Below, piece after piece: positions 12,174 to 25,102 of a DNA stretch of 64,000 nucleotides. How positions within the stretch are numbered: the first letter of the stretch is position 1; every line of letters begins with the position of its first letter. Origin of the DNA: Eledone cirrhosa (taxonomy: Eukaryota). Position numbers and translations under genes: made by a program. Under the pieces are notes generated by a model. It searched no databases. It was not told the DNA's origin and saw only the letters and a program-made list of their open reading frames with translations. The stretch is from assembly GCA_964016885.1 (NCBI GenBank), contig OZ024754.1:15934001-15998000 (forward strand), given 5' to 3'.

Positions 12174-12312
12174 CACACATATATATAAATGTAATCTGAA
12201 TGTTTTGAATATTGATGATAATATTCGATTCATTTGCAATTATGTAAACAAGCCTAATTTTTCAAGCCATGTCAGTAGAATGGGCCCCTCATTCTTGCTC
12301 TTGTGTTGGCAT

Positions 12313-12378
12313 GTAAACAGAACTGTAGACACTAATGTTTCTGGGTATCACCCTTCATCAGTACAGTTCACTGTTCAC
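12313..12378 (-). ncRNA. Type I hammerhead ribozyme
   Basis: Minus strand reads GTGAACAGT-GAACTGTA-CTGATGA-A-GGGT-GAT-ACCC-A-GAAA-CATTAGTG-TC^-TACAGTTC-TGTTTAC: perfect 8-bp helix I plus extension, both conserved boxes, GTC cleavage site. Confidence 0.8.
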
Positions 12379-12648
12379 CTGCCTACTGTCAGAGCTAGTG
12401 AAAATATATCATATTTTCTAAAATATACAGTGACTGATCGGCCAGATTTACATATCAGCAGATAGGCCAGTCATATTCAAATTTAAAAAAATGTTCGCTC
12501 TACGTGGATGAATACAATAAATGTAACCTGAGTTTTTCGAATATTAATAATGTTAATATATATATATATATATTTTATAGGAACGATCGACTTTCGTCAA
12601 ATTGGACCGAGGGAACAATGTTTCCGTTGGTCTTTCCAATTGCTAATA

Positions 12649-12836
12649 CTTGTTTCTACTTTAGGCACAAGGCCAGCAATTACCCAGTGCATTACTGGTA
12701 CTTTATTTTATCGACCCCGTAAGGATGAAAGGCAAAGTCAACCTCGGCGGGATTTGAACTCAGATCGTAAAGGGACGTAAGTATGCTGGAAAGCATGGCG
12801 TCCGACCCTCTACCGATACTGCCAAGCCACCGCCTT
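12649..12836 (-). mobile_element. tRNA-derived SINE with Nin-like domain
   Basis: Minus strand GGCGGTGGCTTGGCAGTATCGG...GAGTTCAAATCCCGCC-GAGGTTGACTTTGCCTTTCATCCTTACGGGGTCGATAAA; further copies at 13563-13834, 21362-21481, 24183-24320, 39790-39870 and 40555-40680. Confidence 0.8.
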
Positions 12837-12874
12837 ATACTAATACTATCTATCGGTCGCAACTCCAGGTAGAA

Positions 12875-12995
12875 GGAGCTACGTGAAATAAAGTGTCTTG
12901 CTCAAGGACATAACGCATCACCTGGTTCAGGAATCGAACTCACAACCTTACAATTGCGAATCCAATTCTCTAACCACTCAGCCACACGCCTTCAC
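12875..12995 (-). mobile_element. tRNA-head CORE-type SINE, 3'-truncated
   Basis: A box TGGCTGAGTGG, B box GTTCGATTCC, then CCTTGAGCAAGACACTTT. Confidence 0.8.
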
Positions 12996-13137
12996 TTCAT
13001 ATATATATATATATATATAAGTGGTATTTTATTATAGTTGCTGACTGACATATCACTCACTGTCACTAAACACGATCACATGATCTTATGTAGCAACCGG
13101 TTTGTTGTTAGCAGAACATAATATATTTACTAACAAT

Positions 13138-13227
13138 ATGGCAGAAGATCGTTTGAAACGACTTTGTCAAATTGCACCATTTTCTAGACTGCAAATCAAA
13201 CTAGGAGATTGGCTGGAAGATTTCAAA
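13138..13227 (+). CDS. SPATA18: SPATA18 coding exon 1 (MAEDRLKRLCQIAPFSRLQIKLGDWLEDFK)
   Basis: ATG at 13138, donor AAA|gtaagt, phase 0. Confidence 0.88.
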
Positions 13228-13351
13228 GTAAGTTAATCTTTTATGGTTTAAAAAAATGTAAATTCCTACAAACTTTCTCTATATTAAACTGACTATAAAA
13301 ATACAATGAAAATGAAAGCGAGGAGACAAAAGAAGTGAATGTAAATATATA

Positions 13352-13385
<34 letters not shown>

Positions 13386-16300
13386 TACACACACATACAC
13401 GTATATGTATGTAACAGGTAAACACAGAAATAACAACACAAATGGTAAAGCATATTCAAAGAATATATCTAAACTATAATAAAGGAAGGTCTGCGGGACT
13501 GCGTACGGTTTATTTCTTTTAATCCAGTTAATAAAATAAGTTGGATTACTTTGAATAAATAATTATTTCTACTTTTGGCACAAGGCCAGCAATTATCTCA
13601 GTTCATTACTGGTAAAATATTTTATCGACCCCGTAAGGATGAAAGGCAAAGTTAACCTCGGCGGGATTTGAACTCAGACCATAAAGGGCCGTAACTTTAT
13701 GCTGCAAAGCATGGCCTCCGACTCTCTACCGATACTGCCAATCTACCGCACTTTGAATAAATAATTGTTTCTACTTTTGGCACAAGGCCAGCAATTATCC
13801 AGTACATTACTGGTACTTTATTTTATCGACCCCGTATGTACTAAATTTCGTAAACATAAATAATTTCGTAAAAATAAATAATTTAAAAATGACTTCTTTT
13901 CAAAGTTGCACCACCACTTCAACTACCATATATAGAGAGAGTGTGTGATGAGAGAGATAGAGAGATTATGATTTTCTACACGCTGACGCGTATGAGTGTG
14001 CACATACATACATCTATGTAAAAAAAAGTCTAAAGTCTGTCTTAAGCCAGAAGGCTCATTTGGCCGGTGCTTATCCCGGTTTCATGGCGTGAAGCAAATG
14101 AGAGTACAAGACTTCCCCCTGGACAGGACGCCAGTCCATCGCAGGGTTAAGCCTCCAGCTATTGCTGGTACTCATTTTCAGCTGAGTAAACTGGAGCAAC
14201 GTGAAATAAAGTGTCTTGCTCAAGGAAACAACACATCACCCGGTCCGAGAATTGAACTCACAACCTTTTGATTGCAAGCCTAATGCTCTAACCACTAAGC
14301 CATGCACCTTCACACATACATCTATATGCATGAGTATATAACTATATGAGTATATAACTATAATCGCGCAAACACAAACTTATAAAAATACACCCCACGG
14401 ACATAATTCACACAAATACACATACTTTTTCACACAAAAACATACACACATTCACACATACATTTACACAAACACACATGTAGTCATGATAGCAGCGTTC
14501 GGGTGAAATTGGAAATAGGAGGGTAAAAGAGATATAACGTTTTATTTATTTATTAACTCTTTTTTTAAAAAACTCATTTACTATAATGGTTACAGAACGA
14601 AAACACAAACAAATATAATATATTCAAAGGAAAGGGAAAGGAAAAAAAGAAAGAGAAAAAATACACAAGCAGGTAATACACACATATTAGGCCATAGAAC
14701 AATATACAGGTGAAAGATTGGAAAAACGAGCCGCTACCAGAGTAAAAGATAGCAATGTAGCGAGGAGCACTGGGAAACCTCTCTAATAATTTTTTAGGCA
14801 GGCCAGCATGCTTGCAGCGTTACCTGGGGTGATGGCGAGGCTGAGGTGCTGGAACAACCAAGTGCCCTCACGAGCATCACCAGTTACCTCTGTTTGGCAA
14901 GCCGCCAGTGAAGATAAGAACCTCGCTGTCAGTAGCCCGACTCACTCGAACGCCACAGGCTGTAGTTAGCTGACAGAACACGGTATTTTAGGATTTTGTT
15001 CCATTCAGCTGCGGATGCTGTAGCTCTCGCCCTTACCGCTGCATCCAGAATGTGGGAAGAAGCAAAAGAGTCACTAACTGTGATGTCCTAGCTAAGGCAC
15101 CTGCCTCTTGACCAGGAGCACAGGGTAAGACCGTCAAGTCTTTTCCCATCAATTCAGGAAAACCCAGACGGTTCCAAATTTGAGGGGATATTTGCCCGGG
15201 CCAAAGCTCTTGAGTGGTAATAGAACAGTGTGTGTATGTGGGCACGCATGAGTTTGTCGGCGTTCTTAAATTAGAGACACGTGTGTGTGTGTCACTGTTT
15301 TTAAATTAGACATATATATGTGTGTATCCCTTTCCTTCCTTTTACACACACATACATTCACACAAACACACATACACATTGCGTGATGGACGGGTGGACA
15401 GAAGTCGCACATATTTACATACATGTGAATGGAGTTCTACTGAAGCAGCTGGAGAAGTTCAAGTATCATGAGTGATGGAATGCAGGAGGCTGAATTAATT
15501 GCAAGAATTGCAAAAGCTGATGCAGTAATGCGCCCACTCAGCATTCAACAATCAGAAGAAGGGGGTAAGTGTAAAAGCCAAACTCGCAGTCTTCCTGGTA
15601 TTCCTGCCAACTCTTACCGAGGATCATGAATCTTGAGTAATGACCAAAAGAATACAATTGCAAATAAAAGTGGCAGAAATGGGATTACTCAATAAAGGGC
15701 ATAACTCAGAGACCAGAGAGTCACTCCTGGTAGAGCCGCTACTTCTCTGAATTGAGAGATCACAACTGCGATATTATGAGCATGTGGTTAGAATGTCTCA
15801 GTAAAGAATCGCTGGACACATAATAAATAATTATGGTGGGTAAAATGATGATTGTGGGTAAGTTGTGGGTAAAATGATTATTGTGGGTAGTGGTAGGTAA
15901 AATGATTATTGTGGGTAAAATAATTATAGTGGGTGGGTAAGTGGTGGGTAAAATGGTAGGCTAAATTGTGGGTAAAAAGGTTATTGTGGTTAAGTGGTGG
16001 GTAAAATGGTAGGCTAAATAATTATTGTGGGTAAAATGGTAGGTAAAATAATTATTGTGGGTAAACTGGTGGATAGAATGATTATTGTGGTTAAGTGGTG
16101 GGTAAATAGGTAGGCTAAATAATTATTGTGGGTAAACTGGTGGGTAAAATGATTATTGTGGTTAAGTGTTGGGTAAAATAGTAGGCTAAATAATTATTGT
16201 GGGTAAAATGGTAGGTAAAATAATTATTGTGGGTAAAGTGGTAGGTAAAATAATTATTGTGGGTAAAGTGGTAGGTAAAATAATTATTGTGGGTAAAGTG

Positions 16301-19300
16301 GTGGGTGAAATCAAGAAAGAGGGTAGGAAGTGGAGTAAAAGGGGGTAGGGAAAGAATGGGTTGGAAGAGGTAGAAGTGGAAGAAGGGGAGGAGAAACATC
16401 AAGGGAAGGATCGATGAAAAAGAGGAGGGAAGACAGCAGGTTAAAGAAATAGGGAAAGAGAGGTTAAAAAATGGGGAAAAGTAGGGAAGGGGGGTAAAGA
16501 GGGATACGAAGTGTGAAAGTGTGGGAAAGAGTCGGAAAAGGGTGCAATGAGGGAGAATCAACACCACGAGGTCAACCACAAGACAATGAGGTCACGTAAA
16601 GTGATATGTGTTTCTTTCACAAGAAATTTGAAGCAAAAGATACCAAGTAACCATGTAACTTCAATAGCTCTTCATCATCGACTCCGGGAGAAACTCTAGG
16701 ACCAACCACCAATAAACACCCTGGTGGTCAGCAAACATGATCAACTGTCCTGTATGTCTATAATTAGATCTCCAGTCAGATTCTTAATCGACACAGAAGT
16801 AGAAGTCAGTGTCATCCCGGCATCTGCAAACAACCTCCGTTATAGAGAGGGGAGTCAGTGGTAGCTGCCAATGATTCTACAATCAAAGCTTACAGATACC
16901 GTACTCTCTCCCTCCACAGAGGCTCACAGTAATATACATGGACATTCACTGTCGCTGATGCCCAGCAGCCTATCATTGGAACAGGCTTCCTTCGGGCTCA
17001 CTCACTGCTGGACGATAATCAGGGGAGACGACTCGTTAGTTTAATGCTTGAAATAGCAGGAAGAGGGTCTTAACGTTTCGGACACTACTCCTTCATCAAA
17101 AGTAAGAATATAAATATATATACGAAATAAAAAGAAATCCAGTACACCATACATGTAGTTAACTGCAATAATTATGTTTTATTGGTGGGTGCAAAAAATA
17201 AAATCAATGATTGCAAATTGATGATATTTAAAATTCAGCGGCTTATAATAAGTTCTCTAACAAATCAGTAGAGCAAAGCTACCACCTCGGTTACTACTCC
17301 TTAAGTTTAGACCTGTTTGATGGGTTGACTGCGGAATTTGGAAAGTCTAAGCACTCAATGACAATGTCACAGATAAAGATAAATTCACCTCCCGCTGCAG
17401 GACAAGAATACAAGGATCCCTCTTTATTTCAGACACGGATGACCAACATAATTCCGTCTCCCACACCCCTCCCTTGCCCCTCCAACCCATCCATCCCACC
17501 CTCCCAACTTCAGAGTTACCATGAATGTAGGCACATTGAAAGGTCGCTCAAATGAGGCTGTAGAGATGCTTGAACGAAAAAATGTTGATGTTTGTTGTAT
17601 TCAAGAGACTAGGTGGAGAGGGCGGGGGGGTCTGCCAGATTCATTGTGGGTAAAAGACAATGCTATAAACTTTTCTGGGTGGGAAATGACAATGGACAGG
17701 GTGGTGTAGGAATTATGTTAGCTGAAAAATGGGTAGATAAGGTAATTGACGTAAATAGAGTGAATGACAGAATAATTAAAATAAGACTAGTTCTAAATAG
17801 AACTACTGCACCCCAATCCTGTCTACCTGACGTTATAAAGGACAGGTTCTATGAGATGCTAATGCACACTACCTCCCAAATAACCGACAGTGACTACTTA
17901 ATTATTGCTGGCGATCTAAACGGTCATGTTGGACAACATAGTGATGGCTATGATGGAATCCATGGAGGCTATGGGGTTGGAAATAGAAATGAGGAGGGCT
18001 TCAGAATCCTGGAATTCTGTGACGCAAATAGCCTAACTATGTGTAACACAAACTTCAAAAAACAAGAAAATCACTTGATCACCTACAGATCAGGGGAACA
18101 CGCCAGCCAGATAGATTATATCCTTACTAGAAGACGGGACAAAGTGTCTGTTGTAAACACTAAATCCCTCCCCCATGAAGAATGCACCTCCCAACATAGC
18201 CTAGTAGTTAGTGACCTCATAGTCAGGAATAGACGTACTCGACGACAGAGGAGGCCTACCTTGAGGAGAAGAATATGGAAGTTGAAGGAGCCCATAGCCA
18301 GTGACAAATTTAAAAGCTTATTACTTGATGCTTTGACAATAAGGAAGAGCAATTAGAGATGTGCAATATAGAGGATCAGTGGCATTTCTTGAAAGTGAAC
18401 CTGCTGAAAGCAATGGATGAAATCTGTGGCTGGAGCAGACCTATTGGCAGGAGGAGAGTAACTTGGTGGTGGAACAGTTAGGTGGAGGAGACAATCAAGG
18501 CCAAAAAGCAGGCTTGGAAAGTATGGCAGGATGGGGGAAGTAGAGAGTACTATCAAGTGGCCAGGAGAGAAGCTAGGAGACAAGTGTACCTTGCAAAAAG
18601 GGAAGCAGAGGATAGAAAGTTCAAGCATGTTCTACAACTTGAGGACCAAAAACGTGAGGTGTTCAAGATTGTGAGACAATGTGTCAAGGAAAACCATGAT
18701 ATTGTTGGGGAGAAGTGTGTTCATGATGAAAATGGTGTACTTGCCCTCACTGATACTGATAAGAAGATAGCCTGGAAGTGTCACTACAAGAGACTATTAA
18801 ATGAGGAGAATAAATGGGAAAAAGATAGTCTGCCCCAAATCGATCCAATAGAAGGACCAGCGGTGCAAGTTAAAGGTAGTATAATAAGTAAGACAATCAA
18901 AGATATGAAGACAGGCAAGGCAGCTGGGCCTTCGGAGATAGTTGCTGAGATGGTGAAGGCATCTGGAATGGTGGGACATACTATCGTCAACCATATAGTT
19001 AACCAAGTAATACAGAATGGGGTCATACCAAAAGACTGGCGTAACAGCATCATCATTAACTGCTACAAGGGTAAAGGAGATGCTCTCTGATTAGTTGCGC
19101 TATAACTCTTTCTGTGACCTTCATGACCTGGTCAACTAGAAGGTCACAGAAAGAGTTATAGCGCAACTAATCAGAGAGCGTATTGATCTAGATGAAATGC
19201 AGTTTGGGTTTGTGTTAGGTAAAAGTACCACAGATGCTCTTTTCCTTGTACTACAACTACAGGAGAAGTACCTAGCTAAAATTAAACCCCTCTACTTAGT

Positions 19301-20999
19301 TTTTGTAAACCTGGAGAATGCCTTTGACAGAGTCCCCCGCTCCATTATCTGGTGGGCTCTTAGAAAACTAGGTGTAGATGAATGGCTTGTGAGAGCTATA
19401 CAAGCTATGTATAAAGAAACAGTCAGTAAGGTTAGAATTAACAATGAATATTTGTATAAAAGAAGAATTTAGTGTAAAAGTTGGTGTTCATCAAGGCTCT
19501 GTTCTTAGCCCCCTCCTATTTATTATTGCCCTTCAGGCTATAACAGAGGAGTTTAAGACCGGCTACCCATGGGAACTTCTATATGCAGATGATCTAACGC
19601 TCATAGCTGAATCCATGGCTGAACTAGAGAAGAAATTCCAAACATGGAAGCATGGCCTTGAATCAAAAGGCCTTAAAGTTAACTTGTCTAAGACTAAAGT
19701 TCTAGTTTGTAGAAAGGAAAATAGGGCACAGGTGCTCTCAGGTGCTCTCAGTGTGTAGGAAAGGAGTAGGCAGAAATTCCATTTTATGTCCCAAATGCAA
19801 ACTATGGGTACATAAAAAATGTAGTAGGATCACAGGTAAACTATCTAAGAACGTAGACTTTATATGTGGCCGATGTTCAGGTGCAATAAGTAGCAAGTGT
19901 CCACAGGATACTAGCTCCTTCTATTGCCCAGATGGTTCTATAGAAATAGCGGACACTTTCCGTTACCTGGGTGACGAAATCAGCAGTGGTGGAGGGTGTT
20001 CTGAAAGTACAGTAGCCAGAGTCAGAATGGGATGGAAAAAGTTCAGAGAGCTTATACCGCTGTTGGCCACAAAAGGTTTCTCTCTAAAAATGAAAGGCAG
20101 ATTGTATGATGCCTGTATACGAACAGCAATGTTACATGGCAGTGAGACCTGGGCATTGTGTGCAGAGGATCTGTGTAGACTGGAAGGGAAATGAAGCATG
20201 CATGCTTAGTAATATACGTGAACGGCAAAGCATAAATGAACTAAGTGAGAAATTAGGAATAAGAGGGATCAGATGCTGTTTACTTGAGAGAAGATTACGT
20301 TGGTATGGTCACGTGATGCGCATGAAAGACGACAGCTGTATAAAAAATTACAGGGCAATCAAAAAAATTGATGGTAGTTACGGAGTAGGTAGACCCAGAA
20401 AAACCTGGGACGATCTGATAAATTCCGACCTTACACACTTACACCTCTCTAAGACAATGTCACTGGACCGAGATCTTTGGCGCTACACAATAATACAGAA
20501 AACCCGCCTTGCCTATGTACAAAACGAAACCTACACTCAGTAGGCACCTCTTAACCAAATATACATCCCAATCCACTACCCCAACCCTATCCTCCCACTC
20601 CCACCAACACCACCCTCTCTCTGTAAAGTTGGTACCACAACATCCAGTCCACGCTGTAATGTGGCCATGTAGGTAACACGGTAAAAACCTCCCAGTCCAC
20701 ACTGTAAATGTGGTTGGTGTTATGAAGGGCATCCAGCTATAGAAAACCTGCCAGATAGTCTTATATGAGCGAGACACGGTCACCTGACCAACCTTGCCTC
20801 AAGTAGGACAACTACCGTCTAGCCCATGCTAGCATGGAAGATAGACGTTAAACGAAGATGATGATGATGATGATTTCTTCACATATGTTCATGCAAATAA
20901 GGATACACACATATTCAAGGCTTCATATACGCATATATAAATGTGTGACAAGGGTGTGTTATATATATATACGCACATTTTCCACATTATATAGATATG

Positions 21000-21031
<32 letters not shown>

Positions 21032-22171
21032 CTACCAAAATTAGATTAAAGATGCCCTGTCTGAGAATATCAGAAGCATGTGCCATATCACCTGTGGAAT
21101 AAGGTCAAATATTCTAAATATTAAACCTGAGTATTTATTAACATTAAATTATTGCCTACACGGTCACATTACAGCGTGGACTGTGTGTTTTTTTTTTATC
21201 GTGACACCTACACAATCTCATTTGTTTCGGCCTGGATTTTGAGGCACCAACATAACTTTACATTGAAAGGGGCGGTGTGGATGGGGTGGGGGTGGTGGGA
21301 CGGGGGTGTGTTTTGTTAGAGATATATATGTATACACACTCTTGCCACACATTATGTGTATTGCGTCCCTTTACGATCTGAGTTCAAATCCAGCCGAGGT
21401 TAACTTTGCCTTTCATCCTTACGGGGTCGATAAAATAAAGTACCAGTAATGCACTGGCCTTGTGCCTAAAGTAGAAACAATTATGTGTATATATATATAT
21501 ATATGGAGGCACATGGCTTAGTGGTTAGAGCATTGGCCTTGCAATCGAAAGGTTGTGAGTTCAATTCTCAGACCGGGTGATGTGTTGTTTCCTTGAGCAA
21601 GACACTTTATTTCACATTGCTCCAGTTTACTCAGCTGTAGAAATGAGATGATAGGGACTGGGGTCCCTATCATTCCACTGCAAAGTGGTCGTGGAGGCGC
21701 CACGGCAAAAAAGCACCCAGCACTCACTGTAAATGAGGTTGGTGTTAAGAAGGGCACCCAGCTGTAGAAATCAAGCCAGAATCAGTTCCCGTCCCACCCT
21801 TGCAAGCAGGGAATAAGCGGACGTAAAGTGAAATGATGAAAAAAAAAAAAATGATATATATATCTCTCTCTCTATATATATATATATATATACTATATTA
21901 TATTTTGAGAATAAACTCTCAGTCGTTTACAAAAATCCAGCTCCAAGAAAAGGGGCATTTCCGAGCAGTTAAATACATTAAAATACATTAAAATATATGA
22001 TAAACACAAAACGTGTTTGCATTGTAACAGATGGCCATTGCCAATATAAGCTTGTCTTTATTGACTTATATCGAGACAGACAAATTGTATTCACTTTAAT
22101 TAGTTTATTTCATTAATAGCTAACTTTGTCTGTTACAATGCAAACACGTTTTGTGTTTATCATATATTTTA

Positions 22172-22207
<36 letters not shown>

Positions 22208-22408
22208 CAGCGAGATCGATATCCGAGTTATGCGGCAAGCGCTCCATGGACTAAACATAGGTTATAAAGGCCAAACAAACTGAGATGGCAGTCAAGAAGC
22301 CATCAACCACCTAAGCCCCCCCCCCCCCCCCCAAAAAAAACGTGGCAAGCCAAACAGGTCAAAACAAATATATACTTCATAGAAAGGAATAAAGCAGAGA
22401 CTTCTTCT

Positions 22409-22440
<32 letters not shown>

Positions 22441-23461
22441 CAAGCATCCTTCACTGTATTTCAATTTATGTTCATTTAAATCAGTGTTTCACTTAATAGG
22501 ATAATAATAATTGTTTCTACTTTTGGCACAAAGGATAATAATAACAACAACACATGATAGGTAAGTAGATAAATAGATGTTGTTGTTGTATGGCTGCTGT
22601 GTTGCCCACTAACCTGTCTGTAGGGTTGTTGTTGTTGGCATTATTGTTGTTTCCATTAAAGAAAGACACAGAAAGTGAGAGAGAGAGAAGAAGAAGGAGA
22701 ATAAGAAAGAGATGATGTGCGAGAGATTTTTTTTTTGGGGGGGGGGAGGATAATGAAGATAGAAAATGTGAATGAGAAGAGAAATATGTCACTTTTTATC
22801 TATATATATAAATTTCTGCAATTCTGTCACAACATGTAAAGAGAGAGGTGTAGTTTGACTACCTCATACTACTCCTCTCTCTTTACCTCTGCTGCCTGTC
22901 TACAACATGTAAAGAGAGAGGTGTAGTTTGACTAACTCATACTACTCCTCTCTCTTTACCTCTGCTGCCTGTCTACAACATGTAAAGAGAGAGGTGTAGC
23001 TTGGCTACCTCATACTACTCCTCTCTCTTTACCTCTGCTGCCTGTCTACAACATGTAAAGAGAAAGGTGTAGTTTGACTACCTCATACTACTCCTCTCTC
23101 TTTACCTCTGCTGCCTGTCTACAACATGTAAAGAGAAAGGTGTAGTTTGACTACCTCATACTACTCCTCTCTCTTTACCTCTGCTGCCTGTCTACAACAT
23201 GTAAAGAGAGAGGTGTAGTTTGACTACCTCATACTACTCCCCTCTCTTTACCTCTGCTGCCTGCGTGAATGTATATATGTGTGTGTAAAAGGAAGGCAGG
23301 GGATGGTGAAAAATTACAGTTATCAGTGACGTGTATGTCCATGTGTGTATTTGTGTATTTGTGTCAATTTGTGTCTGCGTTTGCACGTTTATATTTATAT
23401 ACTCATACATATAAATGTACGCACACACACACACACGCACACACGCACACACGCGCGCGCG

Positions 23462-23513
<52 letters not shown>

Positions 23514-24042
23514 GGTGCGTCAGCGTATGGAAAAAAAATCCTAGTTAATTAAATGCTTCATCTCCCCTTCTCTCTTTTAGTCTTCACACATGAGCAAAAA
23601 GAAAACAATTCGTTTTACATTCGCCCATTATAAGTAATTAAGATTGTTATTCTAAAACATCTGACTGCTTAACAAAACATAAAGAAAGACTTACTGGAAG
23701 AGGTGGCTTCAGTTGTTGATAAAGCCACCAAAGAAATCTTTACAAGGGATTTTACCACCTCCTGAGAAATATCTAATGCATGGTTCATGTTGTATTTTTA
23801 TCATCATCATCATCATCATCATTATCATTATCACCACCACCATCACCATCATCATCATCATAATAATAATAATAATAATAATAATCATTATCACCACCAC
23901 CATCATCATCATCATCATCATCATCGTCAGCATCATCATCATCATCATCATCATCATCACTACCACCACCACCACCATCATCATCACCACCACCACCACC
24001 ACCACCACCACCACTACCACCACCATCACCACCACTACCACC

Positions 24043-24125
<83 letters not shown>

Positions 24126-24888
24126 AATCACCACCATCATCATCATTATTATTACCATCATTGTAATCATCATCATTATCATCAGTTCAAATCCTGTTGA
24201 AGTTAACTTTGCCTTTCATTCCTTACGGGGTCGATAAAATAAAGTACCAGTAATGTACTGGGGTCGATTTAATTGACTTTCCCCTTCCCTTCATATTGCT
24301 GGCATTGTGCCTATATAAGAATCCATTAGTACCAGTAATACACTGGGATAATTGCTGGCCTTGGAGGATTGCCCCACCCTCTTCCTTTAGCCGGGAAGGG
24401 CAAGCAGTTTTTATCTGTCTGGTGGCCATGGCGAAAGAGATAGTATGGTGGACACGTTTGAAAGGGCTGAAGATGAGCACTTACCTCTTCGGTGATGCCC
24501 TGATTGACTTTTTCACATTTCATTTGAAAAGGAAAATCAGAGTAGAGAGGGAAGTGCTCTCTTCCCAGCATTTTGTTGAAAGATGGGTGAGAGAAGCAAG
24601 TATGGCCCGAGTGAATGGGCCTACTCTGAGTATGTGTCTGTAAATTAAAGGTGGAAAACTGGGAGAGGGCACTTGCCCTGGTGGTCAGGGTCACTGTGGC
24701 CTTTTTAATGGGCTTTCTCCACAAATGTCCCTCGGAAGTCTCCCCCCTATTGGGGAATTTTTCATTGTTATTTTTTATTACATCCTCTGTTTTTTTACAC
24801 GCAGAAATGCCCATTTGTACCATCCTGTATTGTCTTGTACTGTCCTTAATGTCTACTTTATGTAAACCCTTGTGGTTTATAAAGAAAA

Positions 24889-24924
<36 letters not shown>

Positions 24925-25020
24925 ATGTCTCACAAAGTCTGTAGACATGTCTGAACGTGTTGACCAATCATAGTTTGTCCAGGAATGTTAAATATATAGA
25001 ATATCACCACCACCACCACC

Positions 25021-25052
<32 letters not shown>

Positions 25053-25056
25053 CAAC

Positions 25057-25102
<46 letters not shown>

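Noticed and set aside
21503-21580. tRNA gene (also 12920-12995 and 14235-14313)
   Set aside because: A and B boxes run directly into SINE body sequence and no full cloverleaf is evident; these are SINE heads.
22836-22886. let-7 miRNA gene on the minus strand (TGAGGTAGT)
   Set aside because: Only 9 nt match let-7, and they straddle the loop rather than starting a 22-nt arm.
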